NCBI GenBank assembly: GCA_963768145.1
Contig: CAVYHK010000033.1
Coordinates: 291,756-355,755, forward strand
Direction: 5' to 3'
Length of the DNA: 64,000 nucleotides
Origin: an uncultured Bacteroidota bacterium
GTDB lineage: Bacteria; Bacteroidota; Ignavibacteria; Kryptoniales; JAKASW01
Positions within the stretch are counted from its first letter, which is position 1. Every line of letters starts with the position of its first letter. A model generated the notes under the pieces. It saw nothing but the letters and a program-made list of their open reading frames with translations, was not told where the DNA came from and did no database searches. Both the position numbers and the translations under genes were made by a program. Positions 46,236 through 56,497 of this stretch are shown piece after piece.

Positions 46236-47484
46236 TCACTTTCTTATCTGACCATCTCCATGTACGACAAACTTTGTGCTCGTAAGCTCTGCGAGTCCCA
46301 TTGGTCCACGTGCGTGGAGTTTCTGTGTACTGATCCCGATCTCCGCCCCAAGTCCGAACTCAAAACCGTCGGTGAACCGCGTGGACGCATTGACATACAC
46401 TGCGGCAGAATCAACTCGTCGCAAGAACTTCTCGCCGTTCGATTTGCTGCCGGTGACGATTGCGTCTGAATGGTGCGAGCCATAATGGTTGATATGGTCT
46501 ATCGCATCATCGAGACTCTTCACCACCTTGATTCCGATGATGAGGTCTAAATATTCCCGGTACCAATCGTCTTCGGTCGCAGGAATTACCTCTTTTACAA
46601 TCGAACGTGAAGTTTTGTCTCCGCGCAGCTCGACGTTTGCCCGCTTGAGTCTTGCGGCGATCTGCGGAAGAAACGTCCTCGCGATCTTCTCGTGTACCAG
46701 CAATTTCTCGGCAGCGTTGCATACCGACGGCCTCTGCACTTTTGCATTTACGACAATCTCTTCGGCTTGTTTGAGATCGGCTGAGCTATCGACAAACACG
46801 TGGCAGTTTCCCTCGCCATGTGCGATGACCGGAACGATCGAATTCTCCCGAATGTATTTGATGAGCTGCTGGCTGCCGCGTGGTATGATGATATCCAGAT
46901 AGAGATCCTGCTGTAGCATTTCCGCAACGGCTCTGCGGTCGGTGGTATCGATGAATTCAACGCAGCCTGCGGGAAGGCCAACGCTCTTCAAGGCTTTCTT
47001 GATGATTTGCACAAGCTTTTTGTTGGTGTGGATCGCTTCGGAACCGCCCCGAAGGAGAACGGCGTTTCCTGCCTTCAAGCAAAGCACCGAAGCATCGACC
47101 GTGACGTTCGGGCGCGCTTCGTAAATGATTCCGACAGCGCCGAGCGGCACGCGCACTTTCTCGATCATAAGCCCGTTCGGACGCCTTGTCCGCCCTAGCA
47201 CTTCACCCACCAGATCGGATAATGCAATCACATCTCTGACTCCGGCGACCATCTGCGCGATTCGCTTTTCGTCAAGAGTCAACCGATCCAGAAGAGCTTT
47301 CGAATATCCCTGCCTTCTCAGCCGCAGCTAAATCCTTCCGGTTGATTCTACAGATTGCGCTGGTTTCCCGCTCAAGCTGCAGGGCAATTGCCCTCAGCAG
47401 GGCGTTCTTTTTGGCCGTTGTCGTGTTGTATAGAATTCCGCTTGCTCTCTTTACCGATTGTGCTTTTGTTTCTACTGACGTCAT
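46236..47484 (-). pseudogene. proA: Gamma-glutamyl phosphate reductase (ProA) interrupted by a 1-nt frameshift (or a sequencing error)
   Basis: ORF 47272-47484 (..RKDLAAAEKAGIFESSSGSVDS*) and ORF 46236-47282 (LTLDEKRIAQMVAGVRDV...EARPNVTVDA...). Shifting one base at 47304-47310 restores AEKAGYSKALLDRLTLDEKRI, the normal ProA sequence. Confidence 0.85.
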
Positions 47485-47511
47485 TTCTGTTGTTCCATCA
47501 TACTGTTTTTT

Positions 47512-48654
47512 TCACCAGTCCTCTGATTCCATTGTCGCCAGATTATCTCGGTGAATCACTTCGGCCGGAGCCTTCCGCCTAAGGATTGTCTCTATCTCCA
47601 CGCTTTTCTTTCCTTTGATTTTGTTAAGCTCCATTGAAGAATACGATGTGATTCCCTTTCCGATTTCATTTCCGCCGATGTCTACAATTGATATGATTTC
47701 CTGTGCCTTGAACTCGCCCAGGACATCACGAATGCCGGAAGGCAGAAGGCTCTTATGCCTTTTAAGAAGCGCATTCTTCGCGCCATCGTCAACCACAACA
47801 ACTCCGGCGGTGTGCGACACAAATCCGATCCATTGTTTTCGCATCGAAAGTTTCTTCTCGGCGGGAAGAAAAACAGTTCCGCGAAACTCGCCGGCAAATA
47901 TTTCCTCAATCGCTTTCGGATTTTTGCCGTTGGCGATGATCATTGCGATGCCCGCTTTGACGCAGCGCTTCGCCGCCTGAATTTTTGTCACCATTCCGCC
48001 CGTGCTGAGTTCATTCTTACTTTTTCTCGCATACCTCTCAACTTGTGGCGTGATCTTCTCGACAATGCGAATGAGCTCTGCGGCAGGATTATGTGCCGGA
48101 TCATTGGAATACAGCCCGTCAACGTCGCTGAGGACAATCAAAATATCTGCCTCGACAAGTGTCGCAACCATGGCCGACAGATTATCGTTATCTCCGAGTT
48201 TTATCTCTTCGATTGCAACCGTATCGTTCTCGTTGATAATCGGCACCACCCCTTTGTTGAAAAGCGCAGCGAAAGTATTCTTGGCATTCACATACCTGCC
48301 CCGGTTTACGAAGTCGTCTTTCGTCAGAAGAATCTGTGCAATAGTGAGATCCTGTTTGCGGAATGCGTTCTCATACGCCGCCATGAGGAGGGGCTGGCCA
48401 ATTGCCGCGGTCGCTTGCTGCTCGGGAATTGTTTTGGGACGGTCCGAAAGTCTCATCGCCGCGACACCCGCTCCAATTGCACCGGAACTGACAATGGCGA
48501 TGTTCTTGCCGAGCGATTTCAGGTGCAAGATGCTCTCTGCAACGGAGTCGATCCGCGCCACGTTAATGCCGCGTTCTTTGTCGGCAAGCAGGTTGGTGCC
48601 GATTTTTATGACGACAGTATTTCGTTCCTGGAGAATGTTCTTTAGTCTCTGCAT
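47512..48654 (-). CDS. proB: Glutamate 5-kinase with C-terminal PUA domain
   Basis: MQRLKNILQERNTVVIKIGTNLLAD..., GAIGAG, INENDTVA, and a PUA-like tail GVVVVDDGAKNALL...GKGITSYSS. ATG 48654 is preferred over the GTG at 48702. Confidence 0.9.
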   Translation of the reverse strand: MQRLKNILQERNTVVIKIGTNLLADKERGINVARIDSVAESILHLKSLGKNIAIVSSGAIGAGVAAMRLSDRPKTIPEQQATAAIGQPLLMAAYENAFRKQDLTIAQILLTKDDFVNRGRYVNAKNTFAALFNKGVVPIINENDTVAIEEIKLGDNDNLSAMVATLVEADILIVLSDVDGLYSNDPAHNPAAELIRIVEKITPQVERYARKSKNELSTGGMVTKIQAAKRCVKAGIAMIIANGKNPKAIEEIFAGEFRGTVFLPAEKKLSMRKQWIGFVSHTAGVVVVDDGAKNALLKRHKSLLPSGIRDVLGEFKAQEIISIVDIGGNEIGKGITSYSSMELNKIKGKKSVEIETILRRKAPAEVIHRDNLATMESEDW

Positions 48655-48782
48655 TGCTGATTTCTTTTTCTTAAATATATAAGGAGCTTCCTCAAAATTC
48701 ACGCAGATTGGGAATATTCTTGCTTGAAATGGTGGGAAATTCTAACGAATATTTTTTGAAGATTCAAATCAAGGAGGTGAAT

Positions 48783-48977
48783 ATGTCGGGACATAATTGC
48801 CACTGTAACGATGTCTTGGCGCATTTATTCGGTAGTGACTCAACTTCAATTTTCGTGCTACCAGAAGTTATCTTTTTCCCGCCGATCACGCTGATTTTCG
48901 CTGATGTGTTTTCTGCATCCATCGTTCGACTGAACTCACGACGAAGCCTGCGGAATCTGCGGGAAAAATCAAACTGA
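48783..48977 (+). CDS. Candidate small membrane protein (64 aa) with N-terminal HNCHC motif; coding status uncertain
   Basis: Strong SD AAGGAGGTGA lies 3 nt before ATG 48783. MSGHNCHCNDVLAHLFGSDSTSIFVLPEVIFFPPITLIFADVFSASIV..RR has one hydrophobic helix. No family recognised. Confidence 0.3.
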   Translation: MSGHNCHCNDVLAHLFGSDSTSIFVLPEVIFFPPITLIFADVFSASIVRLNSRRSLRNLREKSN

Positions 48978-49139
48978 GCAAGTACCATTTATTCTTCGTG
49001 TTTGCTATTGTTAAGCATTCTTCCTAAGCTATTGTGTGTTAGCAAATGGAGTTCTCAGGGTAACAATGATTTCTTCTTTTCTTCACTTCATCTCGATGTG
49101 TTTTTTACTAATGTCTTCCAACTGTTCATAGGAGCGACA

Positions 49140-52100
49140 ATGAACGCCAAATCCCTGTTGTTCGAAATTATCGTTGCCCTATTTGTCCTGAATTATTCGA
49201 CGGTCTATTCCCAGACAGGGAGGAACAAAAATCTCCCCCAGGTTTACGGCAACGTTCATAGAACCGTCCTTAAGTCTAAACCCGGTCAGATGACCACTAT
49301 TCTTGTTGCCCGCAATGGCACATCAAGAGTAAATCAAGTGGATATGACGGAACAAGTAAGCCTCATTGTCGAATTCAAAGATGAACCGATGTTTCTCCAG
49401 CAACTCCACTCTCCTTATAAGACGCTTCAATCTTCTGTCTATCAACTTCGTCATTCACAATTTAGGTCTGACCTCGATGCACTAAAACAAACGGCAAGCA
49501 AGAGCCTCAAAGTTCAGTTGGTGAGTCCGGTAATTACACGAGAATTCTCGAAAGTGTTTTATGGCGCCGCCGTTAAAGTCCCTCGTGGAATGGTTTCACA
49601 GATCGCACAACTTAGCTATGTGAAGAAAATCTATGACGATGTACGTGTAAAGGCATCGTTGGAGCAAAGCGTACATCAAATCCGCGCAGACTCTGTCTGG
49701 TCTAAATTCGGCACACAGGGAGACAGCGTGATTGTTGGAATCATTGATACCGGTATTGATTATGATGACTCTGCACTTGGTGGTGGGTTCGGTCCGGGAT
49801 TCAAGGTGATCGGCGGTTATGATTTTGTTAACAACGATGCAGATCCGATGGATGACAATGGACACGGAACACATGTTGCGGGAATTGTTGCCGCTGACGG
49901 CGACAGTCTCAAAGGCGTCGCCCCGCACGCGAAGCTAATGGCATTCAAAGTTCTCGATCAATACGGGAATGGTTCTGAGTCAGATATCATCGCCGGCATC
50001 GAGATTGCAGCAGATCCTAACAACGTTGGAAATCCTAGTGACAAAGTTGACATCGTGAACATGAGTCTCGGCGGTTCGGGCGACCCGGACGACGCAATGT
50101 CTACGGCGGTGGATAGTGCAGTAGAATTAGGGATTACCTTTTGCATCGCGGCTGGAAATTCTGGAGCATTTTACACCATCGGCAGCCCTGGCACTGCCCG
50201 TCTTGCAATTACGGTGGGGGCTGTGGACAGCAGCGACAACTTGGCATATTTCAGTTCGGAAGGACCCGATGGAAGAATCTGTTCCATCAAGCCTGAGGTG
50301 GTTGCTCCGGGTGTCAACATTTCATCGACATATCTAAACAATACAATTGAAACGTTGAGTGGCACTTCGATGGCGACGCCGCATGTCACGGGCGTTTGCG
50401 CGTTACTCAAATCTCTCCACAGAAATTGGACGCCAGCCACAATAAAGTCGGCCGTGATGACAACCGCTGTTGACATCGGACAGGAAGTCATGGCGCAAGG
50501 GGCAGGAAGAATAGATGCTTTGAACGCAGCGGAAGTCTCCGCTTTCGCTTATCCGTCCGACCTGAGTTTCGGACTTGACAGCAGTTCTTTCTCTAATTGG
50601 ACCGTCATCGACACAATGTGGGTTGCGAATACTGATTCAATTAGTCAATTGTTTACGATGTCATTCAATAATCTCCCTTCCGGCGTTTCACTTTCAGCCG
50701 CACCTTCGACTTTTTCTCTGGCAAGCAACGATTCACAAATGGTTATCATCACACTTGGAGTGGACAACACAATTGTGCAATATCCGCAGCAAGGCTCGCT
50801 GGCATACGGCGGCAATGGCTACCTGGATGGAAGCAAAGACACATTACACATTCCATGGGCATTTGTCAAAGCAGCAAGAGTCCTGTTTACGTTCGATCAA
50901 CCGAGCCCTTTGTTCGCGATAGCGAGTACGAAGGTCGCATTTTCTGATTTTAATGCAACATGGAGCGATCAGTACAATGCACAATTGGTGATCCCGAAAG
51001 GGGTGTATGATTTGGTTGCTCAATTCGGAGGGTCAACGTCATTGCGATACGTTGTCAAAGAGCAATTCCCAATAGATAGTACGTCCAACGTTTCGGTGCA
51101 TTCCACAGACGCAACGAATTCTGTGTCTTTGCGTGGAGTTGATGTCAATGGGCTGCCGCTAGATTTCTATTCTTCATCAATGAAGTCTCTTACGCTTGGT
51201 TTTCCGGATTCATCTACATACGATGCCTTTTCTTTTATCGGCGCACCGGATTCCCTATTCTTCTCAAATTTCTCCACTCGCTTTACGCTCGCCAGCGGGC
51301 AATCCGCAAACGATGGGCACAATACCGTATACAACGTTCAGTTTGATTCACTTCCCGGATTACAGAATAATGTAAGTCTCACTAATCTTCCTGCCGATTT
51401 TTACGCACAAAACATCCACGCTAATTTTCCCCCTTACTCCGCGGGCATGTATAAAGAGATGGATTGGGTGAATTGGGTGGAACTTTTCATCCCTAACTAT
51501 GGCATTTTTGGCTACGGAATCGAATCAAAGCTTGTCGGAAACCTCACCGGCGATTGGAGTGGGGAGCTCTATTTGACAAAGACCAAGAATGAACGATTTA
51601 GTCTTTCAACTTCATTTACCGCATTAGATGGTCCACAATCGGATTCCTCAACATCGTTGCCTGAGTATGATTGGTTCGATACCCCTCCTGCAGTAGTCAT
51701 CAACGACAGCGTCGGATATTCTTACTGGCACACACCACAAGCCAATACTTATTTATCACCTAATGCAGGATATGCAACCTTCGGACATGCACCATTCTAC
51801 CCGGGAGTCGGTTCATTCAATAATATTTTGAGCAAATCTAACATATACACTTCCGCAGGTCTCTATGGTGCATTTAATGAGGAGTTTTCCTGCTCAACAG
51901 ACAGTTCACTCTACACAATTTATGACGACCGGAATAATATTATTGCATCAGACACCGAGTCCAATTTCCCGCCAAATGGAATAGACGTCCCTCCCGGAGT
52001 ATATAGGTATCAACAGGTAACCAAGGATTACTTCATCAGGGGGGTGAAAGGATTAGCGACGCTCACTTCCCAATTTGATCTACGTAAATCTGATGCGGAT

Positions 52101-52811
52101 CCTCCGGGATTTACTTCATTGCGTTTACTTAACAGTAAAAATATTCCCGTGGATTCTCTTTCGAAGGGTGAAAAGGGCACACTGATGTTTTCATCCGCTG
52201 AGATTGCCCTTTCAGTGGACCAACATGGTAATCTTGTTCAAAAATATGTTTCAATAGCCGGTGATTCGACAAAACTCTATTATAAAATGAATGGGTCGGC
52301 AAATTGGATTTCAATTCCCATCGTAAAGATTCTCGAAGATACAACGGTCGGCGTAGTGTATAGTGCTGATGTCACTACAACGTCTCATTTCGATTCGGCC
52401 GCGATCGATCTAAAGATAGATGTGCAAGATCCCTCAGGAAACACTGCTGAATGGGCCATGGAACCTGCGTACTGCGTCGGCAAATTCGGCAACCTGACTG
52501 CCATTGAAAAAAACACAAACGATAACTCCGTACCGAAGAGTTTTGCTTTATACCAAAACTACCCGAACCCGTTTAATCCAAGCACAACGATCAAATATGA
52601 TTTGCCGAAAGCATCGAAGGTCTCATTAGTTATATACAACATCCTTGGTCAGCGGGTAGCCACGCTTGTCAATGAGATGCAACCGGCAGGACACCACGTG
52701 GTCTCTTGGGGTGGTAGTACACAGAATGGCGCGGCAGCGTCGGGCGTCTATTTTCTCCATTTCCAGTCAGAAGAATATGCGAAGACCATGAAGATGCTGC
52801 TGTTGAAATGA
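49140..52811 (+). CDS. Subtilisin-family (S8) serine peptidase, 1223 aa, with T9SS C-terminal sorting domain
   Basis: The ATG at 49140 follows AGGAG and gives [25 protein letters not shown]. Triad motifs are [23 protein letters not shown] and [14 protein letters not shown]-terminus [38 protein letters not shown]...[23 protein letters not shown]. Confidence 0.9.
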   Translation: MNAKSLLFEIIVALFVLNYSTVYSQTGRNKNLPQVYGNVHRTVLKSKPGQMTTILVARNGTSRVNQVDMTEQVSLIVEFKDEPMFLQQLHSPYKTLQSSVYQLRHSQFRSDLDALKQTASKSLKVQLVSPVITREFSKVFYGAAVKVPRGMVSQIAQLSYVKKIYDDVRVKASLEQSVHQIRADSVWSKFGTQGDSVIVGIIDTGIDYDDSALGGGFGPGFKVIGGYDFVNNDADPMDDNGHGTHVAGIVAADGDSLKGVAPHAKLMAFKVLDQYGNGSESDIIAGIEIAADPNNVGNPSDKVDIVNMSLGGSGDPDDAMSTAVDSAVELGITFCIAAGNSGAFYTIGSPGTARLAITVGAVDSSDNLAYFSSEGPDGRICSIKPEVVAPGVNISSTYLNNTIETLSGTSMATPHVTGVCALLKSLHRNWTPATIKSAVMTTAVDIGQEVMAQGAGRIDALNAAEVSAFAYPSDLSFGLDSSSFSNWTVIDTMWVANTDSISQLFTMSFNNLPSGVSLSAAPSTFSLASNDSQMVIITLGVDNTIVQYPQQGSLAYGGNGYLDGSKDTLHIPWAFVKAARVLFTFDQPSPLFAIASTKVAFSDFNATWSDQYNAQLVIPKGVYDLVAQFGGSTSLRYVVKEQFPIDSTSNVSVHSTDATNSVSLRGVDVNGLPLDFYSSSMKSLTLGFPDSSTYDAFSFIGAPDSLFFSNFSTRFTLASGQSANDGHNTVYNVQFDSLPGLQNNVSLTNLPADFYAQNIHANFPPYSAGMYKEMDWVNWVELFIPNYGIFGYGIESKLVGNLTGDWSGELYLTKTKNERFSLSTSFTALDGPQSDSSTSLPEYDWFDTPPAVVINDSVGYSYWHTPQANTYLSPNAGYATFGHAPFYPGVGSFNNILSKSNIYTSAGLYGAFNEEFSCSTDSSLYTIYDDRNNIIASDTESNFPPNGIDVPPGVYRYQQVTKDYFIRGVKGLATLTSQFDLRKSDADPPGFTSLRLLNSKNIPVDSLSKGEKGTLMFSSAEIALSVDQHGNLVQKYVSIAGDSTKLYYKMNGSANWISIPIVKILEDTTVGVVYSADVTTTSHFDSAAIDLKIDVQDPSGNTAEWAMEPAYCVGKFGNLTAIEKNTNDNSVPKSFALYQNYPNPFNPSTTIKYDLPKASKVSLVIYNILGQRVATLVNEMQPAGHHVVSWGGSTQNGAAASGVYFLHFQSEEYAKTMKMLLLK

Positions 52812-52910
52812 AAGCTCGAATGAATTCCGTTTGCATCACTGTGGGGATGATGGCGGGGTTCGGTATCGGGTATGGCGTGACACCGGTGGGGGCATGATTC
52901 ATGCTGAGCA

Positions 52911-53005
52911 CTTTGTCGGCAAGCAGGTTAACGCAGATTTTGATATCGTCGGTATTCCGTTCCTGAAGTATGTTTTTAGAAGTTACATTTTTCTTTTGTC
53001 ATAAT
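52911..53005 (-). pseudogene. Relic of a second proB 5-prime end (about 26 codons plus about 15 nt of upstream sequence)
   Basis: By hand alignment with 48576-48670, the first 19 nt are identical (CTTTGTCGGCAAGCAGGTT) and identity is about 80% overall. The ATG is retained at 52988-52986, the second codon is now TAA, and there is one 1-nt indel. Conceptual translation ..SKNILQERNTDDIKICVNLLADK compares with ProB LKNILQERNTVVIKIGTNLLADK. Confidence 0.8.
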
Positions 53006-53079
53006 ACAATTGAAATGGGACAATCTGCCTTTAGCCTTTGATGTTGAATTCTAAACTCTCGATCTTGATAGTGAGAATT

Positions 53080-53886
53080 CTAAACCCTTGCTTCCAACTC
53101 TCTCTTGAGTATCTCAAAAAATTTCCCGCTTGCCTTTTTCTCCCTCCATGGATAGTGACCACAATTTTTAAGCAAAATAAACTTAAAGTCTTTCAATGTC
53201 CGTTGCAGCGGCTCTCTAATTCCTTCCGCGGGATGCGGGTCGTAATCACCGTGAATTGCTGTGACGGGGCAACGAATTTCTTTTCCGAACCCGATAAGTG
53301 TGCCATCGTTTCGAAGTCTCTCAGCCTCCGGCCAAACCGACCAGTATATTTCCGGCTGAAAATCAGACCCCTCATGCTGTAGATCAATCGGGTCAAACAA
53401 ATCCGCTTTGGACATCAGTTCTCCAAATCTACGGAAAGTCTGGGCATCTACCCTTCCTTGCGAAGAGTTGTTCATCAAATCAATCAGGCTTCGTGCTTCG
53501 ATTTGCTCACGATCAGTCAAGCGGCGCAATCTCGTTTCGGTCACGTCGGTACTTTCTTCTCCGAAAGCCGTCATTCGGCCAAATGCTCCCGCTCCGATGA
53601 GAATCAATTTGCTTGCGTCTTCCGGAAACTCCGCCGCAGTCATAAAGGCCAGCCATGCTCCCCATGAATGCCCGATTATCACGACTGGAAGTTTGCAGTT
53701 CTCGTTTATCACGGAATGCAATTCTTCGATTTGGCCGCGAACTGTTCGTGAAGTCTGGAAGGGCTCGATGACGCCACGCCTTTCCGACAACCTCTTCGCA
53801 AGATAGGCCATTCCGCCGGGAGCGCCCGGGCCACCATGAACAGCCACGACAGAGCATGGTTCCTGACCGTACTTGCGAAAATTCAA
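53080..53886 (-). CDS. Alpha/beta-fold hydrolase
   Basis: 268 aa: VVAVHGGPGAPGG, nucleophile elbow IGHSWGAWLA, C-terminal CGHYPW. Confidence 0.8.
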   Translation of the reverse strand: MNFRKYGQEPCSVVAVHGGPGAPGGMAYLAKRLSERRGVIEPFQTSRTVRGQIEELHSVINENCKLPVVIIGHSWGAWLAFMTAAEFPEDASKLILIGAGAFGRMTAFGEESTDVTETRLRRLTDREQIEARSLIDLMNNSSQGRVDAQTFRRFGELMSKADLFDPIDLQHEGSDFQPEIYWSVWPEAERLRNDGTLIGFGKEIRCPVTAIHGDYDPHPAEGIREPLQRTLKDFKFILLKNCGHYPWREKKASGKFFEILKRELEARV

Positions 53887-54018
53887 TTCACTCGTTGAAA
53901 TTGGGGTGATTCGTTTCTTTTTGACTCACCATCTCTTAGAAATTAAACGGAACCCTCAAACATTCAAACTAATTTGTTTGGAATTGCATCGACCGCGAGT
54001 CCAAGCATAATCTTGAAC

Positions 54019-54056
54019 TTTGATTAATCTGATTTAATGACGGACTATGATTGTTT
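54019..54056. repeat. GATT-rich motif copy downstream of the GxxExxY gene (TTTGATTAATCTGATTTAATGACGGACTATGATTGTTT)
   Basis: Shares TTTGATT..AAT...G.CTATGATT with 54563-54589 (direct) and 54677-54711 (inverted). Confidence 0.6.
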
Positions 54057-54135
54057 AGTTAGCTTCGATTTCTTAGGGGTTTTATTTCTGCGTTCTTTCT
54101 CCTTGACAATCATGGTCTTCAGAAGATCATTCCGA

Positions 54136-54543
54136 TCATAGTCCTGACGTTGATTCCTTTTTGGGCTTCATTACTCTCTTAAATTGTAGACTTCGATTAC
54201 CAAAGTTAATTAATAAGCCTATCTCTAAGCCATATGCTTCAAGATAATTAATTGCCTGCGCTAAGTGAACATCTTCAAGTTGAACGACAGCTTTTAATTC
54301 TACCATTATCTTACCCTCCACCAAGAAATCTACCCTTCGAGTTCCAATATCCTGACCTTTATAAAAGATCTCCATTTCATGTTCCCGGCTGAATTCCAAC
54401 CCCTGGGAACGCATTTCTATTTCCAATGCTCGCTGGTAGATGACTTCCTGGAATCCGTTTCCAAGGAAGCGATGAACTTCCATGGCACAAGCAATGATCT
54501 TGCCCGTCAAGTCACTTAGCGGATATTCTTTCTTTACAATCAT
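54136..54543 (-). CDS. GxxExxY protein (PD-(D/E)xK superfamily, function unknown)
   Basis: 135 aa: IIACAMEVHRFLGNGFQEVIYQRALEIEM..., RRVDFLVEGKIMVELKAV, AQAINYLEAYGLEIGLLINFG. This is the family-defining pattern, including G-N-G-F-Q-E-V-I-Y. Confidence 0.85.
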   Translation of the reverse strand: MIVKKEYPLSDLTGKIIACAMEVHRFLGNGFQEVIYQRALEIEMRSQGLEFSREHEMEIFYKGQDIGTRRVDFLVEGKIMVELKAVVQLEDVHLAQAINYLEAYGLEIGLLINFGNRSLQFKRVMKPKKESTSGL

Positions 54544-54562
54544 TGTCTTTGACTCTGATTTG

Positions 54563-54711
54563 TTTGATTGAATGATTGGCTATGATTTTTCTCGTTTTCG
54601 TGTTCCACGGAAATCATGCGTTTGCAGAAACGATTAAAACTTTGTCATGTCTTTGCCAACAAATCTTTTATGTTTAGAATCATAGTTTTCAATGAATCAT
54701 TTCAATCAAAG
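54563..54711. repeat. Inverted pair of the GATT-rich motif upstream of the GxxExxY gene
   Basis: 54563-54589 is TTTGATTGAATGATTGGCTATGATTTT. The reverse complement of 54677-54711 is CTTTGATTGAAATGATTCATTGAAAACTATGATTC. The pair encloses about 85 nt and ends one base before the permease stop (54713). Confidence 0.65.
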
Positions 54712-54712
54712 T

Positions 54713-56227
54713 TTAAGACTTTATTTTTTTCCAGATGAAGTAAACCGGCACACCAAGTAAAACAATTACCAAGCCCGGCCACGTATGCTTCGGCTTGAAA
54801 ATCAGCAGATCAATTGAAATTGCGGTGGCAGTGAGAATGTAAAGTGCAGGTACAACTGGATATCCGAATGCTTTGTAGGGACGCTCGGCATCTGGCTGCT
54901 TTTTCCTCAACACAAAGATTCCCGCAATCGTCATGATGTAAAAGACGAGGACAGCAATGACTACATAGTCCAACAAGTCGCCGTATCTTCCGGACAAGCA
55001 CAGTAGGCTTGCCCATATTCCCTGTACCACTAAGGCAGTTCCCGGAACCGATTTACTGTTTAACTTCCCCGCGCTTTTAAAGAACACCTTATCCTCCGCC
55101 ATGGCGTAATACACCCGCGCGCCCGCGAGTATCAGTCCGTTGTTGCATCCGAAGGTTGACACCATTATTAATATTGCCATTATGATCGCGGCCGGGGCGC
55201 CCAACATCATTCCTGCGGCGGCAGTTGCAACCCGATCGTTTGAGGCGAACTGGATGCCTCGACTCATAATATCCTGTCCGGACGGACTCCCGAGAGCCGG
55301 AAGAATCAGGATGTACGAGACGTTCGCAAGAATGTAGAGAACGGTGACGGTCAATGTTCCAAGTGCGAGACTGAGCGGGATATTTCTTCTCGGATTTTCA
55401 ACTTCTCCGGCAGTAAAGGTAATATTGTTCCAGGCATCGCTCGAAAAAAGGGACCCAACCATCGCAGCTCCAATCGCGGCAGCCAGCATAAAGCCGGATA
55501 ACGACTCAACCATAACCACCCTGCCATTGTCTATATGCGTCCAACTTGTACGCCAGAACTCTGAAATGTTTGCGGAGATCGCGGCAGCATTTCTTCCTAT
55601 GATTATTCCAAGGAGGATCAACCCAACCAGCGCAAGGGTTTTAGTGACCGTAAAGACGTTTTGCACAGTTTTTCCCTCCCGGAGTCCACGGGTATTGACG
55701 TAAGTCAGGAAAGCCACGCTGGCTATCGCAAGAACTTGTGCGGCTGAGATTTTCAGACCGAAGATTGTGGCAAGTGTGTTAGTCTCGCCGAACCACGGAA
55801 TAAGCACCGCGGTGAATTTCGCAAATGCGACTGCAACGGCAGCAATCGTCCCTGTTTGTATGACGAGAAAAAGCGTCCATCCGTAAAGAAAGCCGATGAG
55901 CGGATTGTATGCCTCGCGGAGGTAAGCGTATTGTCCACCGACGTGCGGCATCATGCCTGCAAGCTCACCGTAACTCAAGGCTGCTATCACGGTAACGACT
56001 CCGGTAATGAGCCACACAACAAGCAAGTATCCCGGCGAGCCGACAGTCCTCGTGATTTCCGCGCTGACAATGAAAATCCCCGAACCGATCATCGAACCGA
56101 TGACGATCATGGTTGAGTCGAGAAGTCTTAGTTCACGCTTGAAATGTTGTTTCGATTCCACACCGCCCTGGAGGATGTCTTTTGGGGAGGCGTCTCTGGA
56201 TTCAGCGGAAAAACTACCGGCACTCAT
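54713..56227 (-). CDS. APC-superfamily amino acid permease
   Basis: About 12 TM segments. N-terminal LRLLDSTMIVIGSMIGSGIFIVS is typical of amino acid/polyamine/organocation transporters. ATG 56227 is preferred over TTG 56239. Confidence 0.85.
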   Translation of the reverse strand: MSAGSFSAESRDASPKDILQGGVESKQHFKRELRLLDSTMIVIGSMIGSGIFIVSAEITRTVGSPGYLLVVWLITGVVTVIAALSYGELAGMMPHVGGQYAYLREAYNPLIGFLYGWTLFLVIQTGTIAAVAVAFAKFTAVLIPWFGETNTLATIFGLKISAAQVLAIASVAFLTYVNTRGLREGKTVQNVFTVTKTLALVGLILLGIIIGRNAAAISANISEFWRTSWTHIDNGRVVMVESLSGFMLAAAIGAAMVGSLFSSDAWNNITFTAGEVENPRRNIPLSLALGTLTVTVLYILANVSYILILPALGSPSGQDIMSRGIQFASNDRVATAAAGMMLGAPAAIIMAILIMVSTFGCNNGLILAGARVYYAMAEDKVFFKSAGKLNSKSVPGTALVVQGIWASLLCLSGRYGDLLDYVVIAVLVFYIMTIAGIFVLRKKQPDAERPYKAFGYPVVPALYILTATAISIDLLIFKPKHTWPGLVIVLLGVPVYFIWKKIKS

Positions 56228-56497
56228 ATTGGACCTCAATCCTATTTCGACAAACCTAAGATGTAATCACAAGAACGATCAAAACTCAAAGATCAAAAGA
56301 AACGTCCGTTTGCCACTTTCTAATATCGTGGATTGGTTGAAACCGTTCATTGCGGTCCTGACCCCATATCAGCGGGGTAAACTCAGTCGGGAGAAGCAAC
56401 CCTGATGTTGGTACGTGAAATGCAAGGAATTGCTTTAGCGCTCCGATCCTCACAACGACGACATCTTGCGTTCTCGACCGGTCTCCGTCGTTTATCC

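Noticed and set aside
47755-48682. Two long + strand ORFs (296 and 226 aa) across proB
   Set aside because: Both lie antisense to an intact glutamate 5-kinase. Their sequences are low-complexity and Arg/Cys-rich with no family resemblance. Long antisense ORFs are common opposite such genes.
48968-48985. Possible extra copy of the promoter module (AAATCAAACTGAG)
   Set aside because: Only about a 10-mer is shared and no -10 element sits at the right spacing. This is compatible with chance.
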